Shown here: positions 8,659 to 19,080 of the stretch, one piece after another
Position numbering within the stretch: the first letter of the stretch is position 1
Layout: every line of letters starts with the position of its first letter
Source of the DNA: an uncultured virus (IMG/VR IMGVR_UViG_2599185221_000008)
Lineage: Duplodnaviria; Heunggongvirae; Uroviricota; Caudoviricetes
Virus record (IMG/VR): IMGVR_UViG_2599185221_000008
Length of the DNA stretch: 64,000 nucleotides
Reading direction: 5' to 3' (one strand)
Made by a program: the position numbers and the translations under genes
Notes under the pieces: generated by a model
Databases searched by the model: none
Told to the model about the DNA's origin: nothing
Seen by the model: only the letters and a program-made list of their open reading frames with translations

Positions 8659-10593
8659 ATGAATTCTATTTCAATTGATATTGAAACATTTAGTAGTGCC
8701 AATCTTCAAAAATGTGGAGTCTACCGTTATGCCGAGAGTGATGATTTTGAAATTCTATTGTTTGGTTATTCGGTTGATGGCGGTGCAGTTCAGGTGGTCG
8801 ATATTGCCTGTGGAGAGAAAATCCCAAATGAAATAATCAATGCCCTTATGGATAATTCTGTTATTAAATGGGCCTTTAATGCTATGTTTGAACGTGTTTG
8901 CCTATCAAAATGGCTTAACCTTACTGATTATCTTGACCCTACATCCTGGAAATGTTCAATGATATGGTCGGCTTATATGGGACTTCCACTTTCACTTGAA
9001 GGTGTCGGTGCAGTCTTAGGATTGGAAAAACAAAAATTGACGGAAGGCAAAGACCTCATTAAATATTTCTGTACACCTTGCTCCCCTACTAAATCAAACG
9101 GAGGACGAGTTCGTAATTTGCCAAAACACGACATGGATAAATGGGAGCGATTTAAAGCATATAACCTCCGTGATGTGGAAGCCGAGATGTCAATACAGCA
9201 GAGACTATCTAAATTCCCGCTTCCAGAGAATATATGGTCAGAATATCATCTTGACCAGAGAATCAATGATCGTGGTATCGCTATTGACATGGCTTTTGTA
9301 AAACAAGCCGTCAAGATGGATGAACAGTCGCGGGAAAAGCTAATGGCTTTAATGCAGGATATAACTAATTTAGAGAAACCAAACTCCGTACAACAAATGA
9401 AAGAATGGCTTGCTGATAACGGATTGGAAACAGATAGTCTTGGTAAAAAAGCAGTTGCTGAGATGTTAAAGACAGCACCTGAACCACTAGGCACCGTTTT
9501 GGAACTTCGTCAGCAGCTTGCAAAATCATCGATAAAAAAATACACAGCAATGGAGAATGCAGTATGTAATGATGGTCGTGCAAGAGGAATGTTTCAGTTT
9601 TATGGAGCAAACAGAACTGGTAGGTTTTCAGGCAGGCTTATTCAACTACAAAATCTCCCTCAAAACCATATGCCCGATTTGGAACAGGCTCGTGCTTTAG
9701 TTCGTAGCGGAAACTTTGATGCTCTTACCTTACTTTATGATTCTATTCCGGAGGTACTGTCGGAACTTATCCGTACTGCTTTTGTACCGCAGGAGGGCAT
9801 GAAGTTTATAGTTGCAGATTTTTCAGCGATTGAAGCTCGCGTTATAGCCTGGCTTGCGGGAGAAAAATGGAGAATAGATGTATTCCAAAATGGCGGTGAC
9901 ATTTACTGTGCAAGTGCATCTCAGATGTTTAATGTACCTGTGGAGAAAAACGGTGTTAATGGACATCTTCGTCAGAAGGGAAAAATTGCTGAATTAGCCC
10001 TAGGTTACGGTGGATCTGTTGGAGCATTGAAATCAATGGGTGCTTTGGAGATGGGAATTGAAGAAGAGGAACTTCAACCTCTTGTAACGGCTTGGAGACA
10101 ATCCAATCCCAATATTACAAAACTATGGTGGGATGTTGACCGCTCTGTAAAAACCTGCGTTAAGCAGAAAACTCCTACAGAAACACACGGTATTAAATTT
10201 ATATATCAAAGTGGAATGCTCTTTATTGTCCTTCCTTCCGGCAGGCGGCTTTCCTATGTGAAACCTCGTATAGGAGAGAATGTATTTGGTGGTGAGTCAG
10301 TTACTTATGAAGGTATCGGTGGGACGAAGAAGTGGGAAAGAATCGAAAGCTACGGTCCAAAATTTGTAGAGAATATTGTCCAGGCAATCAGCCGTGACAT
10401 TTTGTGCCATGCCATGCAGACATTAAAGAATTGTTCCATTGTGGCTCATGTACACGATGAAATTATAATCGAAGCGGATATGAGGAGGTCACTTTCTACT
10501 ATTTGTGAACAAATGGCTAGGACACCAACATGGGCAAAAGGCCTGTTACTTGGTGCTGATGGCTATGAGTGTCAGTTTTATCAAAAAGATTAA
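8659..10593 (+). CDS. Phage family A DNA polymerase
   Basis: Exo I DIET, RTGRFSG, motif A DFSAIEARV, motif B RQKGKIAELALGYG, motif C HVHDE. Confidence 0.92.
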   Translation: MNSISIDIETFSSANLQKCGVYRYAESDDFEILLFGYSVDGGAVQVVDIACGEKIPNEIINALMDNSVIKWAFNAMFERVCLSKWLNLTDYLDPTSWKCSMIWSAYMGLPLSLEGVGAVLGLEKQKLTEGKDLIKYFCTPCSPTKSNGGRVRNLPKHDMDKWERFKAYNLRDVEAEMSIQQRLSKFPLPENIWSEYHLDQRINDRGIAIDMAFVKQAVKMDEQSREKLMALMQDITNLEKPNSVQQMKEWLADNGLETDSLGKKAVAEMLKTAPEPLGTVLELRQQLAKSSIKKYTAMENAVCNDGRARGMFQFYGANRTGRFSGRLIQLQNLPQNHMPDLEQARALVRSGNFDALTLLYDSIPEVLSELIRTAFVPQEGMKFIVADFSAIEARVIAWLAGEKWRIDVFQNGGDIYCASASQMFNVPVEKNGVNGHLRQKGKIAELALGYGGSVGALKSMGALEMGIEEEELQPLVTAWRQSNPNITKLWWDVDRSVKTCVKQKTPTETHGIKFIYQSGMLFIVLPSGRRLSYVKPRIGENVFGGESVTYEGIGGTKKWERIESYGPKFVENIVQAISRDILCHAMQTLKNCSIVAHVHDEIIIEADMRRSLSTICEQMARTPTWAKGLLLGADGYECQFYQKD

Positions 10594-10607
10594 ATATATT
10601 TTTTCAA

Positions 10608-10648
10608 AATCCTCAACATTCATTACCTCCTGTGGCTATTAGGTAGAG
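10608..10648 (+). promoter_or_regulatory. Conserved phage promoter-like motif, copy 2
   Basis: AATCCTCAAC-N16-GGCTATTAGGTAG upstream of the antirepressor. Confidence 0.65.
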
Positions 10649-10686
10649 GGGTTTCCTCTCTGACTATATTACAGGAGGTAATTCGT

Positions 10687-11439
10687 ATGGACGAATTAGT
10701 AAGAATCAATTATGAAAATGACCACCCCACAGTGCTTGGCCGTGATTTGCATGCAGTTTTGGAAGTGAAAACACCCTATGATAAATGGTTTCCAAGAATG
10801 TGTGAGTATGGATTTGTGGAGGGTACGGACTTTTCGACATTTCTGTCGGAAAGTACAGGTGGAAGACCTGCTGTTGACCACCAAATAACAATTGATATGG
10901 CAAAAGAGCTATGCATGATACAGCGTACTCCAAAAGGGAAAGAGTGTCGCCAATACTTTCTTGAAATAGAAAGAAGATGGAATTCCCCAGAAGCAATCAT
11001 GGCAAGGGCACTTCAGATTGCTAATCAACAGCTAACTCAAGTAAGGAAACAAAATAAAGTGCTTGAAGGTACGATTGCCGTTCAGAATCAGCAAATTGCA
11101 GAAATGAAACCGAAAGTCTCCTATTATGATGTAGTTCTAAATTGCAAAGACCTCATTTCTACATCAGCAATTGCCAAAGATTACGGTAAGTCAGCTATTT
11201 GGATGAACCGCTATCTTAATAAAAAGGGCATCCAATTTAAACAAGGTGGTATCTGGCTTTTATATCAGAAGTATGCAGAAAAAGGCTATACCAGCACCAA
11301 GACACATAGCTACATCGGTAGTAACGGTGAACTGCATACAAAAGTCCATACATATTGGACTCAAAAAGGCAGACTCTTCATTTACGAACTGTTGAAGGCA
11401 GATGGTATTTTGCCGCAGATAGAAATGGAGGGTGTGTAA
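10687..11439 (+). CDS. Phage antirepressor (AntA/AntB N-terminus plus KilAC/ANT C-terminus)
   Basis: GRDLHAVLEV, IDMAKELCM, WNSPEAIMARAL, KPKVSYYD, WTQKGRLFIY. Confidence 0.88.
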   Translation: MDELVRINYENDHPTVLGRDLHAVLEVKTPYDKWFPRMCEYGFVEGTDFSTFLSESTGGRPAVDHQITIDMAKELCMIQRTPKGKECRQYFLEIERRWNSPEAIMARALQIANQQLTQVRKQNKVLEGTIAVQNQQIAEMKPKVSYYDVVLNCKDLISTSAIAKDYGKSAIWMNRYLNKKGIQFKQGGIWLLYQKYAEKGYTSTKTHSYIGSNGELHTKVHTYWTQKGRLFIYELLKADGILPQIEMEGV

Positions 11440-11873
11440 TGGGAATCGATAAATTCAATCATGAAGGATACCATGACCCAACTCCCCATGAGGCACTGAC
11501 CAACATAATAAGAAAGAAAAAGGCAGAGAAAAAATCTGCCTTTAAGCCACTTGTATATATCTGTTCTCCCTATTCCGGTGATGTAGAAGGAAACGTTAAA
11601 AAGGCTCGCAACTTTTGTAGATTTGCCTTGGAGAATAATTGCATCCCAATTGCTCCCCACCTTATGTTTCCACAGTTTATGGATGATGAAAATCCAGAGG
11701 AACGTGAACTTGCCATATTTATGGACATCGTGCTTATGGGCAAATGCTCCGAGGTTTGGGTGCTAGGCAATACCATCTCAAGCGGGATGGCAAGGGAGAT
11801 TGAAGTAGCCAAGAAACGCAGACAAACGGTCAGATATTTTAGTCCAGAGCATGAGGAGGTCGAAAGCTTATGA
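11439..11873 (+). CDS. DUF4406-like / nucleoside deoxyribosyltransferase-fold phage protein
   Basis: VYICSPYSG, PIAPHL, SSGMAREIEVA. Confidence 0.7.
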   Translation: MGIDKFNHEGYHDPTPHEALTNIIRKKKAEKKSAFKPLVYICSPYSGDVEGNVKKARNFCRFALENNCIPIAPHLMFPQFMDDENPEERELAIFMDIVLMGKCSEVWVLGNTISSGMAREIEVAKKRRQTVRYFSPEHEEVESL

Positions 11874-14236
11874 AAATCGCTGTGGGCAACAGTCGGATGG
11901 ACAAGAAATGGAAAAACAAAGATATCTCGTGGGAGGATTTTTGTGCCCGTGTAAAGACAACACAACGTACTACGGAAACAGTAGAAGAATATCGGAAATT
12001 AAAAAGAGGCCAACAAGATGATATCAAAGATGTGGGTGGTTTTGTCGGAGGCCATTTAAAAGGGGGAAGGCGAAAGAAGGGCAATGTTTTATGCCGTTCT
12101 TTGCTTACCTTAGATATGGATTACGGTAGACCAGATATCTGGGAACAAATCAGTATGCTTTTTGATTTCAAATGCTGTGTTTATTCCACCCATAAGCATA
12201 CACCGGAAAATCCAAGACTTAGGCTAATCGTTCCTCTCGCTCGTGAAGTCAGCGAAGAAGAATACGCAGCCGTTGGACGTATGGTGGCAAAAGAAATCGG
12301 CATAGATCTTTTCGATGATACGACTTATGAAGCCCATCGCCTTATGTATTGGCCATCCACTTCCTCTAATGGTGAATTCGTCTATGAAGAGCAGGATGGA
12401 GAATTGCTTGACCCTGATGTTTATCTTTCAAAATATCAAAACTGGCGGGATACATCAACTTGGCCAGTATCAAGCAGGCAGTCTGAAGTTATAAATCGCA
12501 GTCTTAAAGAACAAGCAGATCCGCTTTTAAAGGAAGGTGTGGTAGGAACATTCTGTCGTGCCTATCCCGTACGTGAAGCAATTGAGAAATTCTTAGGTGC
12601 AGTTTATGCCCCATCTGCTATGGAAGGACGATACGATTATATTCCAGCTGATAGTAGTGCCGGTGTGATTATCTATGATGATAAATTCGCATACAGCCAC
12701 CATGCTACAGACCCAGCAAGTGGATTACTCCTCAATGCTTTTGATCTCGTTCGTATTCATAAATTTGGTTCTTTAGATGATAAAGCTTCTACCACCACAG
12801 CTCCCGGTAAGATGCCGTCTTTTGTGGCAATGTGCGAGTTTGCTATTAAAGATGAAAAAGTAAAAGCTGAGTTTGCTAAGGAGAGACAGGCACAGGCTGA
12901 AGAGGAGTTTAGTGATGAGGATTGGCAGACAGCTTTGGAATTGGATAAGCAAGGCCGAATAAAAGACACTCTAGACAACATCGTTTTGATTATTCGTCAT
13001 GACAAGGAATTACAGCATATAGCTTTTAATTGCCACCGTGATGGTATTGATGCCAAAGGAGGTCTGCCTTGGGAACAGATCAAGGCGGGTTGGAATGATT
13101 CGGATAATGCACTTCTTAAAGTGTATTTAAGCAGCAAATACGGAGTCTATTCCCCTACCAAGACCAAGGATGCTGTGTTAGCGGTAGCGGCTGAAAGAGC
13201 CTACCATCCTGTTAAGGAGTATCTGGACTCCCTGCCAAAATGGGATGGAATTAGTCGAGTAGATAATCTATTAATTGATTATTTCGGTGCAACAGATAAT
13301 TCCTATACAAAAGCAGTTATCCGCAAAACGATGGTTGCAGCGGTAGCCCGCATTTATAGACCAGGCACAAAGTTTGATAGTGTCCTTATCTTAAACGGTC
13401 CTCAAGGTATCGGTAAGTCAACTTTCTTTGCAAAACTTGCTGGAGATTGGTTTTCAGATAGTTTGACCATTACGGATATGAAAGATAAATCCGGCGCTGA
13501 GAAACTTCAGGGATATTGGTTATTGGAACTGGGTGAGCTTGCCGGAATGCGTAAGACGGATGTGGAAATTGTGAAGTCTTTTATTTCGAGGGCAGATGAT
13601 AAGTACCGGGCAAGTTATGGAGTCAATGTGGAGAGCCATCCCCGTCAATGTGTGATTGTAGGTTCTACAAATGCAGAAAGCGGGTTTCTTCGAGATATAA
13701 CCGGCAATCGAAGATTCTGGCCAGTCCGTATTAGCGGTAATGATAAAAAGAAAGCTTGGCAGATGACTAAAGAGGAAGTACAGCAGATTTGGGCAGAGAC
13801 ACTAGTGCTTTATGAGAAGGGAGAAAAACTCTACCTTGAAGGTGATGATGCATCCATGGCAACTAGTGAGCAGGCAGATGCCATGGAAACAGATGAACGA
13901 GAAGGATTGGTTCGTACCTATCTGGATACTCTTTTGCCGGATGATTGGGACACTATGTCTTTATACGAGCGTAGAAATTTCCTCGGCGGTAGCGAATTTG
14001 GCGGCGGCACCCGTGTTGGAACAGTAAAAAGAACCCTTGTCTGCAATATGGAGATTTGGTGTGAATGTTTTGGAAAAGATGCATCCTCAATGAGAACATC
14101 TGATTCTTATGCCATCGGTGCCATTATGAGAAAGATCAGTGGGTGGAACAAGTACACCGGGAACAAGAACGGAACAATCAATTTCCCTATCTATGGAAAG
14201 CAACGAGCTTATTCCCGAACCGAGGAACAAAGCTAG
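11870..14236 (+). CDS. Primase-helicase with virulence-associated E (VapE) domain
   Basis: N-terminal LTLDMD and YSTHKH primase-like motifs; Walker A GPQGIGKS, ELGEL, TGNRRFWP. Confidence 0.88.
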   Translation: MKIAVGNSRMDKKWKNKDISWEDFCARVKTTQRTTETVEEYRKLKRGQQDDIKDVGGFVGGHLKGGRRKKGNVLCRSLLTLDMDYGRPDIWEQISMLFDFKCCVYSTHKHTPENPRLRLIVPLAREVSEEEYAAVGRMVAKEIGIDLFDDTTYEAHRLMYWPSTSSNGEFVYEEQDGELLDPDVYLSKYQNWRDTSTWPVSSRQSEVINRSLKEQADPLLKEGVVGTFCRAYPVREAIEKFLGAVYAPSAMEGRYDYIPADSSAGVIIYDDKFAYSHHATDPASGLLLNAFDLVRIHKFGSLDDKASTTTAPGKMPSFVAMCEFAIKDEKVKAEFAKERQAQAEEEFSDEDWQTALELDKQGRIKDTLDNIVLIIRHDKELQHIAFNCHRDGIDAKGGLPWEQIKAGWNDSDNALLKVYLSSKYGVYSPTKTKDAVLAVAAERAYHPVKEYLDSLPKWDGISRVDNLLIDYFGATDNSYTKAVIRKTMVAAVARIYRPGTKFDSVLILNGPQGIGKSTFFAKLAGDWFSDSLTITDMKDKSGAEKLQGYWLLELGELAGMRKTDVEIVKSFISRADDKYRASYGVNVESHPRQCVIVGSTNAESGFLRDITGNRRFWPVRISGNDKKKAWQMTKEEVQQIWAETLVLYEKGEKLYLEGDDASMATSEQADAMETDEREGLVRTYLDTLLPDDWDTMSLYERRNFLGGSEFGGGTRVGTVKRTLVCNMEIWCECFGKDASSMRTSDSYAIGAIMRKISGWNKYTGNKNGTINFPIYGKQRAYSRTEEQS

Positions 14237-14430
14237 TTGTACCTTACCTTGTTCTCATACTGGTTCTTTCCCCGAAGCTAGTAATCAAAAGGAAAATCTA
14301 CGGTTCGGAACAAGTGGAACAAGAAGTATCCTATTTATTTATAAATAGTAAAAAAGAAGAAAGTGTAGCCTGTGCATACACGCATACGCGCGCGTATAGG
14401 AAAAATGGGTCAAAGTTGTTTTCTTGTTCC
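14145..14430. repeat. Iteron-like GGAACAA(G) repeats, AT-rich tract and palindrome: putative phage replication origin
   Basis: Copies at 14145, 14160, 14171, 14224, 14307 and 14316; inverted copies at 14248 and 14423; TACGCGCGCGTA at 14385. Confidence 0.55.
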
Positions 14431-14455
14431 GAGCCTTTTTATATGGGAGGTATTT

Positions 14456-14737
14456 ATGCTTGAAAAATATATCGAAAAGAAACTGGTGGCTGAGGTAAAA
14501 AAGATGGGAGGCATTGCAGCAAAGTTTGTTAGTCCGGGTTTAGATGGGATGCCAGACCGCTTAGTGCTTTTACCGTTAGGGAAGATCGCTTTTGTGGAAT
14601 TAAAGGCTTCCGGAAAGAAACCTCGACCACTACAGATTAGAAGAATAAAGCAATTACAAAAGTTAGGCTTTAACTGCTATGTCATTGATGATGTTGAGCA
14701 GATTGGAGGGATACTCTATGAAATACAATCCTCATAA
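14456..14737 (+). CDS. VRR-NUC domain nuclease
   Basis: GMPDRLVL, FVELK, RPLQ. Confidence 0.88.
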   Translation: MLEKYIEKKLVAEVKKMGGIAAKFVSPGLDGMPDRLVLLPLGKIAFVELKASGKKPRPLQIRRIKQLQKLGFNCYVIDDVEQIGGILYEIQSS

Positions 14738-16079
14738 ATATCAAACATATGCTACGAATTTTATACTTGAGCATCCCATAGCAGCGGTGTTTTTAGAGAT
14801 GGGTCTTGGCAAAAGCGTAATCACTTTAACTGCTATATTTGATTTATGCCTTGATAGTTTTGAAATTGGAAAGGTTCTGGTCATTGCCCCACTAAGGGTA
14901 GCAAGGGATACTTGGCCAGCTGAGATAAACAAATGGGAGCATTTAAAAGGACTGGAGTATTCAGTGGCTATTGGAACAGAACAGGAGCGGTTAGCAGCTC
15001 TTAGGAAACCAGCAAGTGTCTATCTTATAAACAGAGAAAATGTTGACTGGTTAGTAAACAAAAGTGGCATTCCTTTTGATTATGACATGGTGGTCATTGA
15101 TGAATTGTCATCTTTTAAGTCCTATGGAGCAAAAAGATTTAAGAGTTTACTAAAAGTCAGACCTAGGGCGAAACGTATTGTGGGTCTTACGGGTACTCCA
15201 TCCAGTAACGGGTTAATGGATTTGTGGGCAGAGTTTCGTATTCTCGACATGGGTAAAAGACTCGGCAGATACATAACTCACTACCGCAATTCCTTCTTTA
15301 CTCCAGATAAACGTAATCAGCAGATTGTATTTTCATATAAACCGTTACCTGGGGCAGAAGATGCCATATATCGGCTAATTTCAGATATTACCATTTCAAT
15401 GAAGTCGGTTGATTTTCTGAAAATGCCAGAATGCGTGATAAATGAAGTGTCGGTGTATCTAAATGATAAAGAACAATCAGTATACGATCACTTTCGTGAA
15501 GAGATGGTTCTTGAGCTTGCCAATGAGGAGATTGATGCCATGAATGCAGCAGTCCTTTCGGGCAAACTCCTTCAAATGGCAAACGGTGCTGTCTATGATG
15601 ATGATAAAAATACTCATATTATCCATAACCGCAAGCTGGATGCTCTTGAAGATTTAATCGAAGGTGCAAACGGCAAACCTGTCCTTATTGCATATTGGTA
15701 TAATCACGATTTAGAGCGTATTAAAGCAAGATTTAATGTTAGAGAAATTAAAACATCCAAGGATATCAAGGACTGGAACAACGGTGATATTTCTGTGGCG
15801 GTTATCCATCCCGCATCAGCAGGACACGGTCTCAATTTACAAAGTGGTGGTTCAACACTTATTTGGTTTGGTCTTACTTGGAGTCTGGAACTCTATCAGC
15901 AAACAAATGCAAGACTTTGGAGACAAGGACAAAATGAAATGGTGGTTATCCATCACATTGTTGCAAAAGGAACGATTGATGAAGATGTGATGAGAGCCTT
16001 GAAACGAAAGGAAAAGACACAGTCCGATCTTATTAACGCTGTCAAAGCAAATCTGGGGAAAGCGAGGGGTGTTGTATGA
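14718..16079 (+). CDS. SNF2-like DEAD/H helicase
   Basis: MGLGKS, VVIDELS, LTGTP, GHGLNLQ, ARLWRQGQ. Confidence 0.9.
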   Translation: MKYNPHKYQTYATNFILEHPIAAVFLEMGLGKSVITLTAIFDLCLDSFEIGKVLVIAPLRVARDTWPAEINKWEHLKGLEYSVAIGTEQERLAALRKPASVYLINRENVDWLVNKSGIPFDYDMVVIDELSSFKSYGAKRFKSLLKVRPRAKRIVGLTGTPSSNGLMDLWAEFRILDMGKRLGRYITHYRNSFFTPDKRNQQIVFSYKPLPGAEDAIYRLISDITISMKSVDFLKMPECVINEVSVYLNDKEQSVYDHFREEMVLELANEEIDAMNAAVLSGKLLQMANGAVYDDDKNTHIIHNRKLDALEDLIEGANGKPVLIAYWYNHDLERIKARFNVREIKTSKDIKDWNNGDISVAVIHPASAGHGLNLQSGGSTLIWFGLTWSLELYQQTNARLWRQGQNEMVVIHHIVAKGTIDEDVMRALKRKEKTQSDLINAVKANLGKARGVV

Positions 16080-16297
16080 TGGATGCATTTGAAAAACTGG
16101 CAAATGCCATTATTCTACAGGCGGTCAAGGATTATCGTTTTGCTCTGAAAAGACTAGCGAAATACCCTCGCAATGATTCTGCTAGATATACGAAATGTGA
16201 GATTGAGCGTTTCTTTCATTCCGGGTATTTCACTACCCTGACATCCCTCGATCCTGAGATGCTAATTAAAAAGCTACATGAGGAGGTGGTGCGATGA
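16076..16297 (+). CDS. Conserved phage hypothetical protein
   Basis: LANAIILQAVKDYR motif; translationally coupled to its neighbours. Confidence 0.7.
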   Translation: MMDAFEKLANAIILQAVKDYRFALKRLAKYPRNDSARYTKCEIERFFHSGYFTTLTSLDPEMLIKKLHEEVVR

Positions 16298-16704
16298 CGG
16301 CAAAGGAATTCTTGAAACAAGCTTATCGCTTAAATGAGCTGATTAATTCCGATCTTGAGGAGTTGCAAAATCTAAGGGAACTCTCAAGAAGTGTTTCATC
16401 TCCTGTTCTTGAGGAAAAAGTCAGTAAAACAAAAAGTACTGATCCACCTTTTGAAAAATACGTGATTAGAATAGTAGATTTGGAGAAGCAGATACAACAA
16501 GAGGTGGAACGTTTAATAAAGCTTAAGTCAGATATTCGTGAAGCGATTAACCAGATGGAAAACGTGGATGAGAAGCTGCTTCTTCGCTACCGTTACATTA
16601 ACTTTCTTAACTGGGAAGAAATCTGTGTCAACCTTAATGTTTCTATGAGAACTGTGCATAGACTTCACTCATCAGCCTTGCAGCATTTAAAGGTGCCTAA
16701 ATAA
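16294..16704 (+). CDS. ArpU/RinA-like (DUF1492) late transcriptional activator
   Basis: LLRYRYI...WEEICVNLNVSMRTVHRLHSSAL sigma4-like HTH; last gene before the packaging module. Confidence 0.75.
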   Translation: MTAKEFLKQAYRLNELINSDLEELQNLRELSRSVSSPVLEEKVSKTKSTDPPFEKYVIRIVDLEKQIQQEVERLIKLKSDIREAINQMENVDEKLLLRYRYINFLNWEEICVNLNVSMRTVHRLHSSALQHLKVPK

Positions 16705-16707
16705 AAG

Positions 16708-16772
16708 TTGGCACACTTTGGCACAGGTTGGCATACGATGACACTGTTTGTCCGTAGTGAAAGTTATATAAT
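16708..16772 (+). promoter_or_regulatory. Late promoter: four 10-bp-phased TTGGCACA-like repeats followed by TATAAT
   Basis: Repeats at 16708, 16718, 16728 and 16738; -10 at 16767-16772; no good -35. Confidence 0.6.
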
Positions 16773-16858
16773 GGTAGTATGGAATATTAGCAAACAGAAG
16801 CCTTCACGGGAGCATTTCTCCTGCGAGGGCTTTTTCTATGGGCAAAAGGAGGTGTAGT

Positions 16859-17218
16859 ATGCCAAGGAAACCTAAGCGACCATGCTCTTATCCTGGTTGT
16901 CCAGAGCTGACTGACAGACGTTTTTGTGAAGAACATGCTAAAAAGGAAGCTGCACGGTATGAAAAGTATGACCGCGATCCAGCAACTCGTAAGCGATATG
17001 GTCGTGCATGGAAGAGAATACGTGACCGCTACATTGCGGCTCATCCTCTTTGCGAGGAGTGTAAACGGCAAGGAAAGCTGACCTCAGCAACCGAGGTACA
17101 TCACATTCTTCCTCTTGCAAGAGGAGGGACTCACGATAGAAGTAATCTGATGGCTCTTTGTACTCCTTGCCACTCTGCTATCACAGCAAGAGATGGAGAC
17201 CGTTGGGGAACCCGGTAG
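16859..17218 (+). CDS. Packaging-associated HNH endonuclease
   Basis: CEEC...VHHILPLARGGTHDRSNLMALCTPCH. Confidence 0.9.
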   Translation: MPRKPKRPCSYPGCPELTDRRFCEEHAKKEAARYEKYDRDPATRKRYGRAWKRIRDRYIAAHPLCEECKRQGKLTSATEVHHILPLARGGTHDRSNLMALCTPCHSAITARDGDRWGTR

Positions 17219-17290
17219 GGGGAGTCAAATCTCCACAGCTTTTCATTTGTGTAACGGGCGTGGGGTAACGCGTGAAAATTCGCGGTTTCA
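17214..17290. other. Possible cos/packaging site region
   Basis: G-rich non-coding segment between HNH and terS, the usual cos position in HK97-type phages; exact site not determined. Confidence 0.35.
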
Positions 17291-17329
17291 AACAGGGTAA
17301 TAGACCCATCAACGAAAAGAGGTGAGTGA

Positions 17330-17881
17330 ATGGCCAAAGATGGAACAAATCGTGGCGGTGCCCGTATAGGTTCTGGTCAAAAAAAGAAACCACTTGCTGA
17401 TAAAATTGCACAGGGAAATCCAGGTAAGAGAAAGCTAGAAATCATTGACTTCCAAAATACCGCTGATTTAAAGGGGCAGGAAATGCCAAAGCCAAGGGCC
17501 ATGCTCTCAGCGGTGCAAAAGGACGGGAAAACCCTAGTAGCCAGCGAGATTTATGAAATTACTTGGAAATGGCTTGAGGAGCGAGGCTGTGCCCATTTGG
17601 TGCTCCCACAGCTTCTAGAACGATATGCCATGAGTGCGGCCAGATGGATACAGTGTGAGGAGGCGGTAACTGAGTTTGGCTTTCTTGCCAAGCATCCAAC
17701 TACCGGCAATGCTATTCAAAGTCCTTATGTAGCTATGAGTCAGAACTTTATGAGTCAGACAAACAGATTGTGGATGGAGATTTATCAAATCGTTAAAGAG
17801 AATTGTGCTACAGAGTATTCTGGTTTAAACCCACAGGACGATGTGATGGAGCGACTGCTATCTGCCCGCAGAGGAAAATAA
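17330..17881 (+). CDS. terS: Terminase small subunit (P27 family)
   Basis: RGGARIGSG, GNPGKR, HPTTGNAIQSPYV; position after HNH. Confidence 0.8.
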   Translation: MAKDGTNRGGARIGSGQKKKPLADKIAQGNPGKRKLEIIDFQNTADLKGQEMPKPRAMLSAVQKDGKTLVASEIYEITWKWLEERGCAHLVLPQLLERYAMSAARWIQCEEAVTEFGFLAKHPTTGNAIQSPYVAMSQNFMSQTNRLWMEIYQIVKENCATEYSGLNPQDDVMERLLSARRGK

Positions 17882-17898
17882 AGATGAGGAGATATGTA

Positions 17899-19080
17899 AT
17901 GAGTAAAAGATATTTAACAGCTGAAAGTGTATGTGCTGGACATCCTGATAAACTATGCGACATCATAGCAGATAGCATTTTAGAAGCATGTTTACGTAAA
18001 GATAAAGCATCACGTGTTGCTTGTGAGGTAATGGCAACCAAAGGGAAAATTATCGTGGCGGGCGAAATCTCCTGCAGCGAGAAAATAGACATCCGATACA
18101 TTGTTAGGAATGTCCTTAAAGAGATTGGATACAACCCTCTTAAATTCTTGATTTATGTATTTGTACACAAACAAAGTGTAGATATTGCAACTGGCGTGGA
18201 TACTGCACTGGAAGTAAGAAATGGAATAAATGAACAGTATGGTTCGATAGGTGCTGGAGACCAAGGAACTGTGTACGGCTATGCTACAAAGGAAACAGGA
18301 GAAATGCTTCCCCTACCCCTTGTACTATCTCACAGGATTGTAAAGAGACTGGATGATTGCCGAAAAGGGAAACTGATAAAAGGTATCCACCCAGATGGTA
18401 AAGCGCAGGTGACGGTGGAATATGAAGGGGACACTCCAGTGCGAATAAAGACTATTGTGATATCGGTACAGCATGATAAGAATAAAACACAGGAAGAACT
18501 AAAGACAGATATCCTTAACAATGTCCTATGGCAGTGCTTTGAGGACTTCCCATTTGATGATGAAACAGAAATTCTCATTAACCCCTCTGGTAGATTTGTC
18601 GAAGGTGGTCCCGCTGCCGATACAGGCTTAACTGGTAGAAAAATTATGGTTGATACCTATGGAGGACTTGCATCCCATGGAGGTGGCGCACTTAGTGGTA
18701 AAGACCCCACCAAAGTTGACCGAAGCGGTGTCTATATGGCTCGGTACATTGCAAAGCATATCGTCTGGTGTGGTTATGCAAAGAGATGTGAAGTTAGTAT
18801 ATCCTATGCCATTGGTAAGGCAAATCCTGTAGCCTTTTCTGTAAATACTCTTGGCACAGGTATTGTTTCTGACGAAATATTAACTCTTGCTGCACAGGAG
18901 ATTTTCAATTTAAGACCTGCGGCAATCATAGAGAAGTTGCGTCTAAGGAATGTGATTTACTCTGATACAGCTGTTTATGGTCACTTTAATAGTTGTCTAT
19001 TCCCGTGGGAGGATGTAAATAAGTACAGTGAATTTAGAAAGGCGGTGGAAAAGTATGTTGATAGAGAAGATAAAAACTAA
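17899..19080 (+). CDS. metK: S-adenosylmethionine synthetase
   Basis: ESVCAGHPDK, GAGDQG, PDGKAQV, DTGLTGRKIMVDTYGG, SGKDPTKVDRS. Confidence 0.93.
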   Translation: MSKRYLTAESVCAGHPDKLCDIIADSILEACLRKDKASRVACEVMATKGKIIVAGEISCSEKIDIRYIVRNVLKEIGYNPLKFLIYVFVHKQSVDIATGVDTALEVRNGINEQYGSIGAGDQGTVYGYATKETGEMLPLPLVLSHRIVKRLDDCRKGKLIKGIHPDGKAQVTVEYEGDTPVRIKTIVISVQHDKNKTQEELKTDILNNVLWQCFEDFPFDDETEILINPSGRFVEGGPAADTGLTGRKIMVDTYGGLASHGGGALSGKDPTKVDRSGVYMARYIAKHIVWCGYAKRCEVSISYAIGKANPVAFSVNTLGTGIVSDEILTLAAQEIFNLRPAAIIEKLRLRNVIYSDTAVYGHFNSCLFPWEDVNKYSEFRKAVEKYVDREDKN

